Below the pieces are notes generated by a model. That model ran no database searches, had not been told where the DNA came from, and worked only from the letters and a program-made list of their open reading frames with translations. Source: a virus (Duplodnaviria; Caudoviricetes). Taken from it: DNA of 64,000 nucleotides. The position numbers and the translations under genes were made by a program. Location of the stretch: the IMG/VR virus record IMGVR_UViG_3300033066_001625, positions 25,906 through 89,905 of that record, one strand, 5' to 3'. Position 1 is the first letter of the stretch. Each line of letters begins with the position of its first letter. Below, in pieces: positions 1-10,165 of the stretch.

Positions 1-1
1 A

Positions 2-1360
2 TTCCAATATTCATCAGAAATAAATGATGACTTATTTGAATCAACCTTGTATGGTAATACCAAACCACCTGCTACTGTTTTTACTTTTCCAAATCGTAGA
101 AAAAGTAGATCTGATACATTAAGTTTGACTTTAGCATCTCCTAATTATTTGATGGAGACTATCAAGGGAACTGTTGTTGATATTTTCGGAAATATCTTAG
201 ATTTGAATAGGGTTCCATTACCTATTGGAAAAGATCAGAATACGCTTCGTGCGGCAACTAGTACAGATAAGGTAAAGTCATTTCAATTAATCAAAGCTTT
301 AGAGAGAAAAAGTCTTGCTTATCATTTTGAACTTAATGCCAGAAAAGATCTGACTGGTCAAAATGGACAGATGACATTACCAGATATTACCTCTAATAAT
401 GACTATGCTAGAAATAGAAGCCGCTTCTTTTTCGATATTGATAAAGAAGGCGTATTCAAATGGAACGTTCCAGCTTCCAGTGAAACGGGAAACGTACCAT
501 TACTAACAAGATACGAAAATTACTCTTCATTTGGTCCAGAGGACAACAATAATCCAAATAAGTTAATTTTCAGAGATGATAATCTAGATATTTTCCAGGA
601 TAGTTTTGCCGCCTCCGCTTTTGATATCAATGATGGCACATTTGCTGAGGACAGGGGTTCTATTAAATTGGATAGTGATGGCGCCGATGGCGCGCCACTA
701 GATAGGATTACAGAATCTCATATCAAGCATGGAACGGCTTATCATGACATTTTGGCGACATGCTACACGCACCAAAAATCTGACTTCTTACAATATTGTG
801 CTGATGATACAAATCCAGTATTTAGTAAGAGTGCAGTGGCTAAAATTCCTTTGATAACTAAAGTGGCTCTTGATACTATTACAGTTAGTGGAGATAGTGC
901 TAATGCTGGTGGTCGTAGCGGATCTATTAGTTTGGATGGTTCTTTAGATTTGAATATTGGAGCCAATACTTCTGATAGACAATCTTTATGGGCTGATTTG
1001 GCTGGTGGTATGGTGCTTAATGTTGGTAGAGATATAAACAACATGAGCGGTGCCCTCTCTATGAATGGTGATGTATTTGTTCAAATAGGTGGCATGGGTG
1101 TATCAACAGACAGCAGATTTGTTAAACAGAACAATGGACATATTGGGGCAGCATTGGATATTAGGGTATTCAATTCTGGCTTAAGAGTAACAATGATAAG
1201 AATAGATGATGAAGGGGTGAAGATTTTAACTCCAAGCAATTTGGCTATTCATTCTGGTCAAAATATGCGCATTACCGCAGATGCAGACATTGTTATTGAA
1301 TGTGAAACTCTAACTGTGCAAGGAAGAATGGTTAAGAAGGAATTTGGAGGATCTTTATGA
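2..1360 (+). CDS. 5'-truncated tail spike/hub-like virion protein (gp5/VgrG-like C-terminal beta-rich region)
   Basis: Frame is open from position 2 (track TTG start at 47 is internal); C-terminus is alternating beta-strand-like (NLAIHSGQNMRITADADIVIECETLTVQG); upstream of gp25-like and baseplate-J-like genes. Confidence 0.5.
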   Translation, partial: FQYSSEINDDLFESTLYGNTKPPATVFTFPNRRKSRSDTLSLTLASPNYLMETIKGTVVDIFGNILDLNRVPLPIGKDQNTLRAATSTDKVKSFQLIKALERKSLAYHFELNARKDLTGQNGQMTLPDITSNNDYARNRSRFFFDIDKEGVFKWNVPASSETGNVPLLTRYENYSSFGPEDNNNPNKLIFRDDNLDIFQDSFAASAFDINDGTFAEDRGSIKLDSDGADGAPLDRITESHIKHGTAYHDILATCYTHQKSDFLQYCADDTNPVFSKSAVAKIPLITKVALDTITVSGDSANAGGRSGSISLDGSLDLNIGANTSDRQSLWADLAGGMVLNVGRDINNMSGALSMNGDVFVQIGGMGVSTDSRFVKQNNGHIGAALDIRVFNSGLRVTMIRIDDEGVKILTPSNLAIHSGQNMRITADADIVIECETLTVQGRMVKKEFGGSL

Positions 1361-1707
1361 GATTAAAGGTAGGAACATACAATAAGTTAAAGTTGCAAGC
1401 AAATGAAGCTAGGGAACAAGGAATGGAGAAATTAGCTGAGGCTGTAGACACTGCTATTGGCGCTTCTCCACAGTTTGAAGTTTCAGAGTATTCATCATCA
1501 GATTTGGACAAAGATGTTCATAAAGATTTGTGGAGGATTGCTGCCAAAGTATTAGCATTTCATGATTTAGATGGTGCCAACATTGAACAAATAGATCAAT
1601 CTTTATCTGTATGGGCAGAAAAGATTATTAATGATTTAGAGAAAACATTACAAGTAGCCGATGTGGTAAGAGGTCCGTTAGAGCCTAAATTGCCTGGTGA
1701 AAAATAA
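1357..1707 (+). CDS. hypothetical helical protein in baseplate operon
   Basis: 116-aa ORF with ATGA overlap on previous stop. Confidence 0.7.
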   Translation: MRLKVGTYNKLKLQANEAREQGMEKLAEAVDTAIGASPQFEVSEYSSSDLDKDVHKDLWRIAAKVLAFHDLDGANIEQIDQSLSVWAEKIINDLEKTLQVADVVRGPLEPKLPGEK

Positions 1708-1727
1708 CCTGATATATAGTAACACAA

Positions 1728-3905
1728 ATGCCTTGTTCGCCTAACGATGTGTCAATAAGCCCCCCTGATGGTCCGTCTGGTCCTTCCATTCCTGGATTTG
1801 GTGTTCCTTTTGCTTTGGATTTGCCAAATATCAATCCATTTCCAGCAGGGTTTCCGGAAGATTTATTAAGTATTCTTAATGCTTTACAGTTATTGATTCC
1901 TCCTGGTGCTTTATTACCAACATTAAGTTTGAATTTCGGCAAAGATATTTTCGATGCCATCATGAAATTGCTTGATCAATTCATGCCATTCTTGATGTTG
2001 TATAAATTCTTCTTACCCATTTTGAAGATCATTGTTTGTATTATTGAAGTTATTTGTGCCATCGCTAATCCATTCAAATTAATACCTGCAATTATTAAGC
2101 TGTTTACAGATTGTATTCCAGCTTTCTTGCTATTATTTCCGATCTTTGCAATCATAATTATGATCATATCTTTGCTATTATTGCTGATAGCATTGATTGA
2201 ATATATTGTTGCACAAATTTTGAAATTCATTTCGGCTATCTTGAGAAACATTTTCATGTTAATAAGTGCATTTCAAGAAGCCAATATCAACTCTGTTCTA
2301 GCAATCGCCAAGAAGTTGGGAGCCATGTTATGTGTATTCCAGAACTTGTTTGTATTGTTAGCTATCTTCAATATTATCATTCAGGTTATTAAGGACATTT
2401 TAGGAATGGCATTTGCTATTCCACCATGTGATGACAGCGATTGCTGTACATCTGACGTATGTCCAGCTTTCATTAAGAATGCGCCATATACTAATTTTAC
2501 AGGTCAACTACAGTATTTGAGAGGGGTTGGAGTTAAAACAAATGTAGAAATTCCATTGCCGCCTCCAGCAGACCCAATTTTCTTCAGTTATCAATTAAGA
2601 AATGAAGTTTGGCAGTTGTACGATCCTCAGCAAACAATAATTCAACAATTTATGAATATTGTCAATGCTTTCGATGTATTGCCTACGGATGATGGTCCAG
2701 ATCCATTCTTCAAGACAATCTTCTTTCCAACAGATTCTTTCTTCTCTGAGAAGACTCCTGCTAAACAAGCTGCCTATACGGTAGATTTGAGATTGTTCTA
2801 TAATCCAGCAGATTGGGGACGTGTAGGTGTAGCAAGATACGTTAGATTCAAGGATTGCATTGTGTTGGCAATTCCAACCCAAATAGTCAATACATACAAC
2901 AATGTCCCCGAGATTGCATTAAATGGTGTATTGAATTTGGCAGGCGGTAAGGGATATGAAGATGATGGTAAAACTAAGTTAAAAGGATTTGATACAGATG
3001 GCGTCACCCCCATTAAGAAGCAAGCTACCCTCAATAACTTTTTCCACAAAGAAGATAATGTTTCTGCTACTCCAAGTTATTCTCCAAGCGATGCACATTT
3101 GTTCGCTGATATCGAGTATACATTCAAACCTGGAATGGCTACCCTATTATCAAAGGAATTGGTAACTGCTGGTTGCATGCCTGATCTTTCCTTGGCTAAA
3201 GGATTTGTGAACAATGCCTTAGCAGGTGATGTGGCTTTGAAAACACAGTTATTGAAAGATGTTTTCAACAAGCCAGACTTCCCAAATCCTGATGCTGCTC
3301 AACAATGTTTGTCAACTGCATTATCAGCTTTGAGAGCTAACTTGACACCACAAGGCGTGGCAGAATTCCAAACCACCGCCCTATTATGTTTGCAAAAGTT
3401 GAGAGATGATACAACTAGTGCGCTTTCCTCTATCATTGGTATTGGAAACGATCCTTGTAAGTCTTCATTTAAGGCAGTTCCTCAAACTCAATTTACCAGT
3501 AAGCCCATTGTGGTTAAGGTTGATATCAATGAGAATAACGGCATTTCATTAACCAATGGAATTCCTGCTGACATTGCGTCTAACCTAGCAGACAGAATCA
3601 AGGGGCACGTTACATTTGGTGACATATCAAACTTTACATACGATGGATATCAATCTTTCACCGCTAATTTGACCAGCAAAGATGCTGGTGCGGGACAGCT
3701 AATGATATCGTTTGATAATAATACTTTCTGTACAAATGATACGACTGCTTTGACACACACATTGCAAGTTGTAGACTATCAATTTGTATTCACTCCTGCT
3801 GTCATCTCTACACCAATCGGTGATGAATCTGACGGCACTCAACCAAGAAGAGATGCGGGTGACTTGGGAGATATGGGTGATGTTGGTGGTAAGGATGGCT
3901 CCTAA
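1728..3905 (+). CDS. virion/baseplate-associated protein with long hydrophobic N-terminal helical region
   Basis: 725 aa; about aa 75-235 strongly hydrophobic, then Cys cluster PPCDDSDCCTSDVCP; baseplate context. Confidence 0.6.
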   Translation: MPCSPNDVSISPPDGPSGPSIPGFGVPFALDLPNINPFPAGFPEDLLSILNALQLLIPPGALLPTLSLNFGKDIFDAIMKLLDQFMPFLMLYKFFLPILKIIVCIIEVICAIANPFKLIPAIIKLFTDCIPAFLLLFPIFAIIIMIISLLLLLIALIEYIVAQILKFISAILRNIFMLISAFQEANINSVLAIAKKLGAMLCVFQNLFVLLAIFNIIIQVIKDILGMAFAIPPCDDSDCCTSDVCPAFIKNAPYTNFTGQLQYLRGVGVKTNVEIPLPPPADPIFFSYQLRNEVWQLYDPQQTIIQQFMNIVNAFDVLPTDDGPDPFFKTIFFPTDSFFSEKTPAKQAAYTVDLRLFYNPADWGRVGVARYVRFKDCIVLAIPTQIVNTYNNVPEIALNGVLNLAGGKGYEDDGKTKLKGFDTDGVTPIKKQATLNNFFHKEDNVSATPSYSPSDAHLFADIEYTFKPGMATLLSKELVTAGCMPDLSLAKGFVNNALAGDVALKTQLLKDVFNKPDFPNPDAAQQCLSTALSALRANLTPQGVAEFQTTALLCLQKLRDDTTSALSSIIGIGNDPCKSSFKAVPQTQFTSKPIVVKVDINENNGISLTNGIPADIASNLADRIKGHVTFGDISNFTYDGYQSFTANLTSKDAGAGQLMISFDNNTFCTNDTTALTHTLQVVDYQFVFTPAVISTPIGDESDGTQPRRDAGDLGDMGDVGGKDGS

Positions 3906-5572
3906 TGGTTGATCAAATCCCTAATCAAGCTAATTATCAGGATGCGCAGAACTTCAATATTGATATCAATAAGGTCTACAGTGACTTTATCTCTGCCATA
4001 GATAAAATTAGGAGTTATACCAATTGTGCCGCAGTCTCCGATCAAGCTGCTATTACAGCTTTTCAAGCTGGAGACCCCACATTGGCTAAGTTGAAACAAC
4101 AAACAACTATTAGCTCAACACCTCAAGAAAGTAGATGTCATGCTTTCTTTAGAATCATTGGATTTCCAGTGGTTTCTAGTGCTAATAAAATCTACAATCC
4201 TGGGCACGATATAGTTTATGATTCATCTAGAACTATTGGCGCCGCTGTTAGTGCAGCCAAACTAAGTATTGCCGCCAGCCCGATAGCTAAATTTAGAAAC
4301 TTATCTCTACAAAGAGAAAGTTATGTAACAGGTATAGCCAGTATTTTCAGTATCCCCAATTCTATTGATGCTGCTACTTTAGCTTTATCTTCTGGTTTCA
4401 AAATTAGACAATTCGCCGCCCCTATAATCAATAGTGCTGACGCTTTGGATATGGACCCAAAGAGTCAACAGTATAAAATTGATTTTAGTAGCTTAGTGGG
4501 AATCAATGATAAGAAACTAACTGAATATGTAGATGTTTCAGGAAATACACCCACTCAATTACAAGCTCAAAGAACTCATATAATCAAGCCATTTATAGTG
4601 GATCCTGTTATTGATTTTACCGTCAATGATGCATCTAAACTTGTAGCCGTGCCTTTCGTGCCTACTAAGAATCATTTGATGGTCAAAGATGGCGTATTTG
4701 TTAACAGACCAATTATCGAGCAAGTTATTAGAGATAGATTTACTGTTGCTAATCAGGTGGATTCTACAGGAACAGCTGATAAATCGGTCATTGATTACAT
4801 CAAGAGTATCCCCGCCATTCAAGATGAAGCCATTATCAGTAGTATCAGTAGTGGTGATGTGTATAAACTAGCGGAACAAACTCAATTCGTAAAGTTTATC
4901 AATATTATTAGAGCAATGGTTGCTAAGCTGGTAGAATCACAGATCACTATTTTCACTGCACAATCTAAGTATTATTGGGTTCCAGTTCCATCTACTTTTG
5001 GTCCTGAAGGTGGGTGTACAGTACAGGGTGTGTTTCTTTCTACCAATGTTCCTAGCGATTTTATTACTCCTCGCGACCAAGCTATTATTGAGGCGAAAAT
5101 TAGGACTACAATTAATGCTATCAATGCCCAAACTGCCAATATACAAGGCATTCCAGATGTGGGTGGATTTTCTTTTGATAGCTTCAAGACAACTTTTGGT
5201 CCAGATTCTAGTACTGCATTAGGAGATACTAGTGTTCAAACATTGCAAGACCTAACTAACAAGAGAAGTGTAGATTTACAAAAAGCTGGTGATGCTTTAA
5301 GAACGATAGAAATAATTATGGGAGAATTTAGCGGTCTGGGGTTGTGTGATATCATAGCAACTATGGGGGCGCTTTATATCATGCCCAAAAATGATTTACT
5401 TGGATTTTTGGATGATGATGCTATTAAAAGGATGAATACTTCCTTGCAATTAAGCCAATCTAGCCCCGGAATCCAAAAAGCCATGAAATCTTTCATTTCT
5501 TCAGTGAAAGACTATTACAACCTGATGGATAAAATTTATCAAGATCAGTCTCAAAATAATGGTTTGCAATAA
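3905..5572 (+). CDS. hypothetical virion protein (baseplate operon)
   Basis: 555-aa ORF, TAATG overlap with previous gene. Confidence 0.6.
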   Translation: MVDQIPNQANYQDAQNFNIDINKVYSDFISAIDKIRSYTNCAAVSDQAAITAFQAGDPTLAKLKQQTTISSTPQESRCHAFFRIIGFPVVSSANKIYNPGHDIVYDSSRTIGAAVSAAKLSIAASPIAKFRNLSLQRESYVTGIASIFSIPNSIDAATLALSSGFKIRQFAAPIINSADALDMDPKSQQYKIDFSSLVGINDKKLTEYVDVSGNTPTQLQAQRTHIIKPFIVDPVIDFTVNDASKLVAVPFVPTKNHLMVKDGVFVNRPIIEQVIRDRFTVANQVDSTGTADKSVIDYIKSIPAIQDEAIISSISSGDVYKLAEQTQFVKFINIIRAMVAKLVESQITIFTAQSKYYWVPVPSTFGPEGGCTVQGVFLSTNVPSDFITPRDQAIIEAKIRTTINAINAQTANIQGIPDVGGFSFDSFKTTFGPDSSTALGDTSVQTLQDLTNKRSVDLQKAGDALRTIEIIMGEFSGLGLCDIIATMGALYIMPKNDLLGFLDDDAIKRMNTSLQLSQSSPGIQKAMKSFISSVKDYYNLMDKIYQDQSQNNGLQ

Positions 5573-5630
5573 AACTTGATATTTTGCTATTTGTCTATAA
5601 TTGTGCATATCTGAAAGTGGAGAATTATAG

Positions 5631-6062
5631 ATGTCATTTGATCTTAAGATAAAAAACGGTAATTTAGTTGTTAACAACGGCGCCCTACAAACTGTTGTAG
5701 ACAGCGAAAAATTGATTCAAGATATCCTTAAAATCTGTTTAACAACAGCTGGAGCGAATCCATATCAACCGTGGTATGGTTCTTTTTTATCTAGAACTAT
5801 TATAGGAAATCCTAGCTACACTTCTGTTTTAGTACAGGTATCCAAATCTCAATTGAATACAGCATTAGATAATTTGAAGAATCTACAAAATGCGCAGACG
5901 CAATCATTTCAGAGAGTTAGTGCAGATGAGCAAATTAATTTTATTTCAGATATATCTATAGTAAGGAACCAAATTGATCCTAGACTGTTTGATGTAGTCA
6001 TTAAAGCTACAACTAAAGGATTGAAACCTATTACTACAGCCTTCAAAGTTTCTACTATATAA
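5631..6062 (+). CDS. baseplate wedge subunit, gp25/GPW-like
   Basis: 143 aa; EKLIQDILKICLT...P..PWYGS.L pattern; directly upstream of baseplate-J-like gene; GGAG SD. Confidence 0.8.
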   Translation: MSFDLKIKNGNLVVNNGALQTVVDSEKLIQDILKICLTTAGANPYQPWYGSFLSRTIIGNPSYTSVLVQVSKSQLNTALDNLKNLQNAQTQSFQRVSADEQINFISDISIVRNQIDPRLFDVVIKATTKGLKPITTAFKVSTI

Positions 6063-6075
6063 TTTCTGAGGAAAC

Positions 6076-9000
6076 ATGGTTACAATACGCTCTGCAAATG
6101 AAATCATACAAAGTCTAGTGGACTTCTTCAGACTAGCACAGCCTGATTTGGATACCAAACAAGGCACGGTTGCTAGAGATTTATTCATTGAAGCTCCTGC
6201 CAGTCAAATTTCGCTCCTTTATGATCAAATGGGAGACATATCTAGCAAGCAGTCCATGAGATTAGTAGTAGGATCAGATTTAGATAAGCTGGCTAAAAAC
6301 TTTGGTATTGTCAGAAGACAAGCAACTCCATCTACAGGCACAGCCCTATTAACCTTTGCTTCGATCAATGCTCCAATTAATATCAACCAGGGAGATACTG
6401 TCATTGCTAACAATGGTATCTCATACTCTGTTACCGCGGGCGTTGCTGTTGCTCCCGCTAATGCTAACTTCTATAAATCAGTAGCTAGCAAGTTTGCTGA
6501 TCAATTAGCTACTGCTGGTATTTCTGATCAATATGCTGTACAAGTTACTTTAAGAGCCACCTCTGCTGGTTCTGCTGGTAACATTGGAACTTACTCTCTT
6601 TCTAGATCCACTACTCCAGGAGTATCTAACGTCACTAATGTCAATCCATTTTCTGGCGGTACTGATCAAGAAGATGATGCATCTTTCAGAAATCGTGTCC
6701 TAGCTTCGTTCAGTGGTTCTAGTGTAGGAACTTCTTTAGGATACTTGAACGTAGCTTTGAGTACCACGGGCGTATCTGATGCTTATGTTGTTGAACCTGG
6801 TGATCCCTTAATGACTAGAGACGGCACCATTGTTAAAGTAAATAGCGATGGTTCTAGAACTATTGTTTCAGAGGGCTCTGGTGGTAAAGTAGATATTGTA
6901 GTATTAGGAACAAACCTAATAGAGAATAAAGATAGCTTTATCTACATAGACAAAAGCAACAGTAATGATCCAACTAGTCCTAAGAACAATATCGTTCTTG
7001 GACAAATTCCGGCAGATGCTAACAAAACTATCAATAGAAAAAGAATTGATAATCTTGCTAACGGTGTTTTGCCAACACAACCAATTGATGGAATTCTTGA
7101 AGTTACAGGTTCGGGCAGCGGATCTAACTTCTTGCCAAAATCTGTTGATTCATTAGGTAGAGTGTCTGGAAACTATGATTTAGTAAAAGATACTGGCATC
7201 TATGGTGGTAGTCCCTGGGGATTTGATACATTTGTTTGGGTTAATAATCAAATCGCATTCAGCGAAGATATTATCAAAGGTCAGTTAAATGGACAAGATG
7301 CCGTTACATTTACAGATGTTTTAACCATACCACAAGTGCAGCAAAATATCTCTATCACTAATGAAAATAGCATTGTTACCTCTGATAGATCAATTATTCA
7401 ATTACTGCACACCCCGGCAACCAATGTTACCAGAGTATTCAACGTTCACACGGGCGAAAGATACATTGTAACAAATCAAAATTTGGACAGTACAGGAACC
7501 TTCAATACCAGTGGCAGAATCCAAATTTCTGGAAACACTTTACCTTCTCCAAGTGATCAGTTGCAGGTAGATTATAGTTGGATTGTTAATTATGATCAAT
7601 ACTCTGATTATGATGGTTTGTACAATACTCAAAATACTAGACCAGTTACCGACAGCATTGATTGGGGATTTGCCTCAATAGTAAATAATGAGAAAATTCC
7701 TTTTACAAGGGATCTTTCCAATGGATTTTTCACTGGTGTAGCTAGCCATCCAATCAGCACAGTGTTAAATGCTAGAACATTTTTGGAAGTAAACGGAGTA
7801 GTCTCTAAGATTACCTCTGGAATATTCGTTAATAGATTGTCCGTTACTATTAATAATTTGGCTATTCCAACACAATCTATTGATAGCATAACTTTCAAGA
7901 ATAACAATTCTGAATTGTATGCTACTGCTCAAGGTAATGGAAGTTTCAGTAACGTAACAGTAGTGTCCGGTATCAATATTGTATACAGCACAACTATCAT
8001 CTTACCAAATGATACAGTGGCACAAAATGGTGATAATGTAACTGTTATCCTGAATAGTACAGATGTGTTCCATAGCACCGATATTAACGGTAGTTCAAGC
8101 GGCACGCAAATTACTATTCCAAGTTCTTTGGTGAACACCACTGCCAATACAATTATATTGAAAGTAACTTACATTGCCAATATCTCAGACTTATTTTCCT
8201 TAGCAACTACTGGACTTCCAATCAGTAGAATTGGCAATGGATTCATATTGAATTCTAATGCTGGATTCAACAATTTTAGTCCAGTCAATTTATCAAGAAG
8301 AGAACATCAATCTATTCAGAAAAATACCAGCAATCAACTCTACATAGATTTAACTGCTTTGGTTATTGATTTCTCATTGTCGCCATCACAGGTTATCTCA
8401 GTTATTAGACTTTCTGATAATCTAGAGCTATGGAATTCTGACAATCTGGGTAGCGTCATAGTTAGTAACACCGGAAATTATCAATTAGTCTTGAATGGTG
8501 CGCACACTCCGGCAGTTGGAGATAAGGTACTGGTCATTTACTATACTTATGATTTAAGAAAATTCCAACCATTTAGCTACTACAATAGTTTAATCAGCAA
8601 CAGAATAGATACTTTGAAAGTAGATCCTGGCACCAACAAGTTTTTCGTATCAATCAATAAGTTTACCACACAATCATCAGTTAGTTTTTCTATCATAGAA
8701 CCAAATACAGATATTGCTTTGTTTACTGTTTCTGATGGTCAATTAACAGACAATGGCGCCTCAGCATCCTTAACAAGCGCCACTTCTTTTTCTACCTTGT
8801 TAGATTTGACAAACAAAAAGGTGCGTATTACAGGAGCTGCCGACCTATTCAATAATGGATTGTATGACATTACTGGATATGATTTGACATCAAATACCTT
8901 AACTATCACCAATATCGTTGATAAGATTACTACTGACCAAATCTGTATTATTAGAGTAGCAGATGGAAAAGAAGTTTGGAATTACAGTGGGGTAATTGAT

Positions 9001-10164
9001 GTCAACAATAACAAGTTGCTTTTGCCTGCTACCAACTTCGCTAGTGCAAATGATAAGGTTTATGTCATGTTGTTTAATTTTAACAACTTGAGAAAAACTC
9101 CAACTAAAATCACTGGTGTCACAGTTGATCAGGTAGTAAATACTGGTGTTATTACCATCGCCGGCACTACTTTGTTCAAAGCACAAGATATTGTTTTTAC
9201 AGCCACCAACACTGGATTGAAGTTGAACATCTCTGAAGCTTTAAGAAAAGCTTTGAATATTTCCAGTGCCACCACAATACCTAATAATATAAGGATAGCT
9301 AGAGTAACCAAACTAGAAAAAGTAATTACAGCTAGCGCAAGTAATGATGAAGTCTTGCAAGTACTTACTACATATGATTTGAAAAACACTACCATTCAGA
9401 ATAACTTGTTGTATGCTAATGAGTTATTAGCGGATCCAACACTTCACAATTTGGATATGGTATTGCCAAATACTAGTAATAATACATTGAATACTAGTAC
9501 TCATAATCTACCTACGTTAGGAGATAAAATTAGAATTACCTTCTATTATACAGTTGATGGTGACTCTGAAAATCTTTCTTATACTAGAAATGGCGCGTTA
9601 TATACTAACAAGAAATTCTCTTCAATTAATAAGGTCTATATTTCTAGCGGATTTAAGGCTTCACAATCTACCAAATTTACCGGAACCTCCTTTACACAAC
9701 CCAGCTTAGGATCTAGATACAAGGTATTCTACAACTATCTTGGACCAAAACCAAATGAGAGAATTGTGGTTAGATACAACTACAACAAAATTATTACTGA
9801 TGTTACTTTTAGCATCGAAAATACTAGACCTATCAATGCCGACGTGTTGGTACGTCAAGCAAAGCAAGTCCTAACAGATTTGACTATGAATGTTGTTATT
9901 GCAGACAGCTTCCTTTCTTCTACAACAACTGTATTGCAGAACTTGAGAGACCAGTTAATTTCCGCTATGACTACTACCAAGCTTGGTCAAATTGTTGATG
10001 CACCAACGCTGATTAACGTAGCGCAAGCTGTTGATGGTATTGCAAGAGCAAGAATCTTGTACTTCAATAAGACTGGTAGCCAAGGTCAAGTTCAAAGTAT
10101 CCAAGCACAGAAAGATGAATATCTAATTCCTAATAATGTAGTTATCAACACAGAGACTAGATAA
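6076..10164 (+). CDS. baseplate J / gp6-like wedge protein with large beta-rich insertion
   Basis: N-terminal baseplate-J motifs (DLDKLAKNFGIVRRQAT.STG, A.SAGSAGNI, GGTDQEDDASFRNR); C-terminal J-like region. Confidence 0.85.
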   Translation: MVTIRSANEIIQSLVDFFRLAQPDLDTKQGTVARDLFIEAPASQISLLYDQMGDISSKQSMRLVVGSDLDKLAKNFGIVRRQATPSTGTALLTFASINAPININQGDTVIANNGISYSVTAGVAVAPANANFYKSVASKFADQLATAGISDQYAVQVTLRATSAGSAGNIGTYSLSRSTTPGVSNVTNVNPFSGGTDQEDDASFRNRVLASFSGSSVGTSLGYLNVALSTTGVSDAYVVEPGDPLMTRDGTIVKVNSDGSRTIVSEGSGGKVDIVVLGTNLIENKDSFIYIDKSNSNDPTSPKNNIVLGQIPADANKTINRKRIDNLANGVLPTQPIDGILEVTGSGSGSNFLPKSVDSLGRVSGNYDLVKDTGIYGGSPWGFDTFVWVNNQIAFSEDIIKGQLNGQDAVTFTDVLTIPQVQQNISITNENSIVTSDRSIIQLLHTPATNVTRVFNVHTGERYIVTNQNLDSTGTFNTSGRIQISGNTLPSPSDQLQVDYSWIVNYDQYSDYDGLYNTQNTRPVTDSIDWGFASIVNNEKIPFTRDLSNGFFTGVASHPISTVLNARTFLEVNGVVSKITSGIFVNRLSVTINNLAIPTQSIDSITFKNNNSELYATAQGNGSFSNVTVVSGINIVYSTTIILPNDTVAQNGDNVTVILNSTDVFHSTDINGSSSGTQITIPSSLVNTTANTIILKVTYIANISDLFSLATTGLPISRIGNGFILNSNAGFNNFSPVNLSRREHQSIQKNTSNQLYIDLTALVIDFSLSPSQVISVIRLSDNLELWNSDNLGSVIVSNTGNYQLVLNGAHTPAVGDKVLVIYYTYDLRKFQPFSYYNSLISNRIDTLKVDPGTNKFFVSINKFTTQSSVSFSIIEPNTDIALFTVSDGQLTDNGASASLTSATSFSTLLDLTNKKVRITGAADLFNNGLYDITGYDLTSNTLTITNIVDKITTDQICIIRVADGKEVWNYSGVIDVNNNKLLLPATNFASANDKVYVMLFNFNNLRKTPTKITGVTVDQVVNTGVITIAGTTLFKAQDIVFTATNTGLKLNISEALRKALNISSATTIPNNIRIARVTKLEKVITASASNDEVLQVLTTYDLKNTTIQNNLLYANELLADPTLHNLDMVLPNTSNNTLNTSTHNLPTLGDKIRITFYYTVDGDSENLSYTRNGALYTNKKFSSINKVYISSGFKASQSTKFTGTSFTQPSLGSRYKVFYNYLGPKPNERIVVRYNYNKIITDVTFSIENTRPINADVLVRQAKQVLTDLTMNVVIADSFLSSTTTVLQNLRDQLISAMTTTKLGQIVDAPTLINVAQAVDGIARARILYFNKTGSQGQVQSIQAQKDEYLIPNNVVINTETR

Positions 10165-10165
10165 T

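Noticed and set aside
5576-5601. sigma70 promoter TTGATA...TATAAT before the gp25-like gene
   Set aside because: Spacer is 14 nt and there is no proper TGn extension; kept only as a TGATAT motif instance
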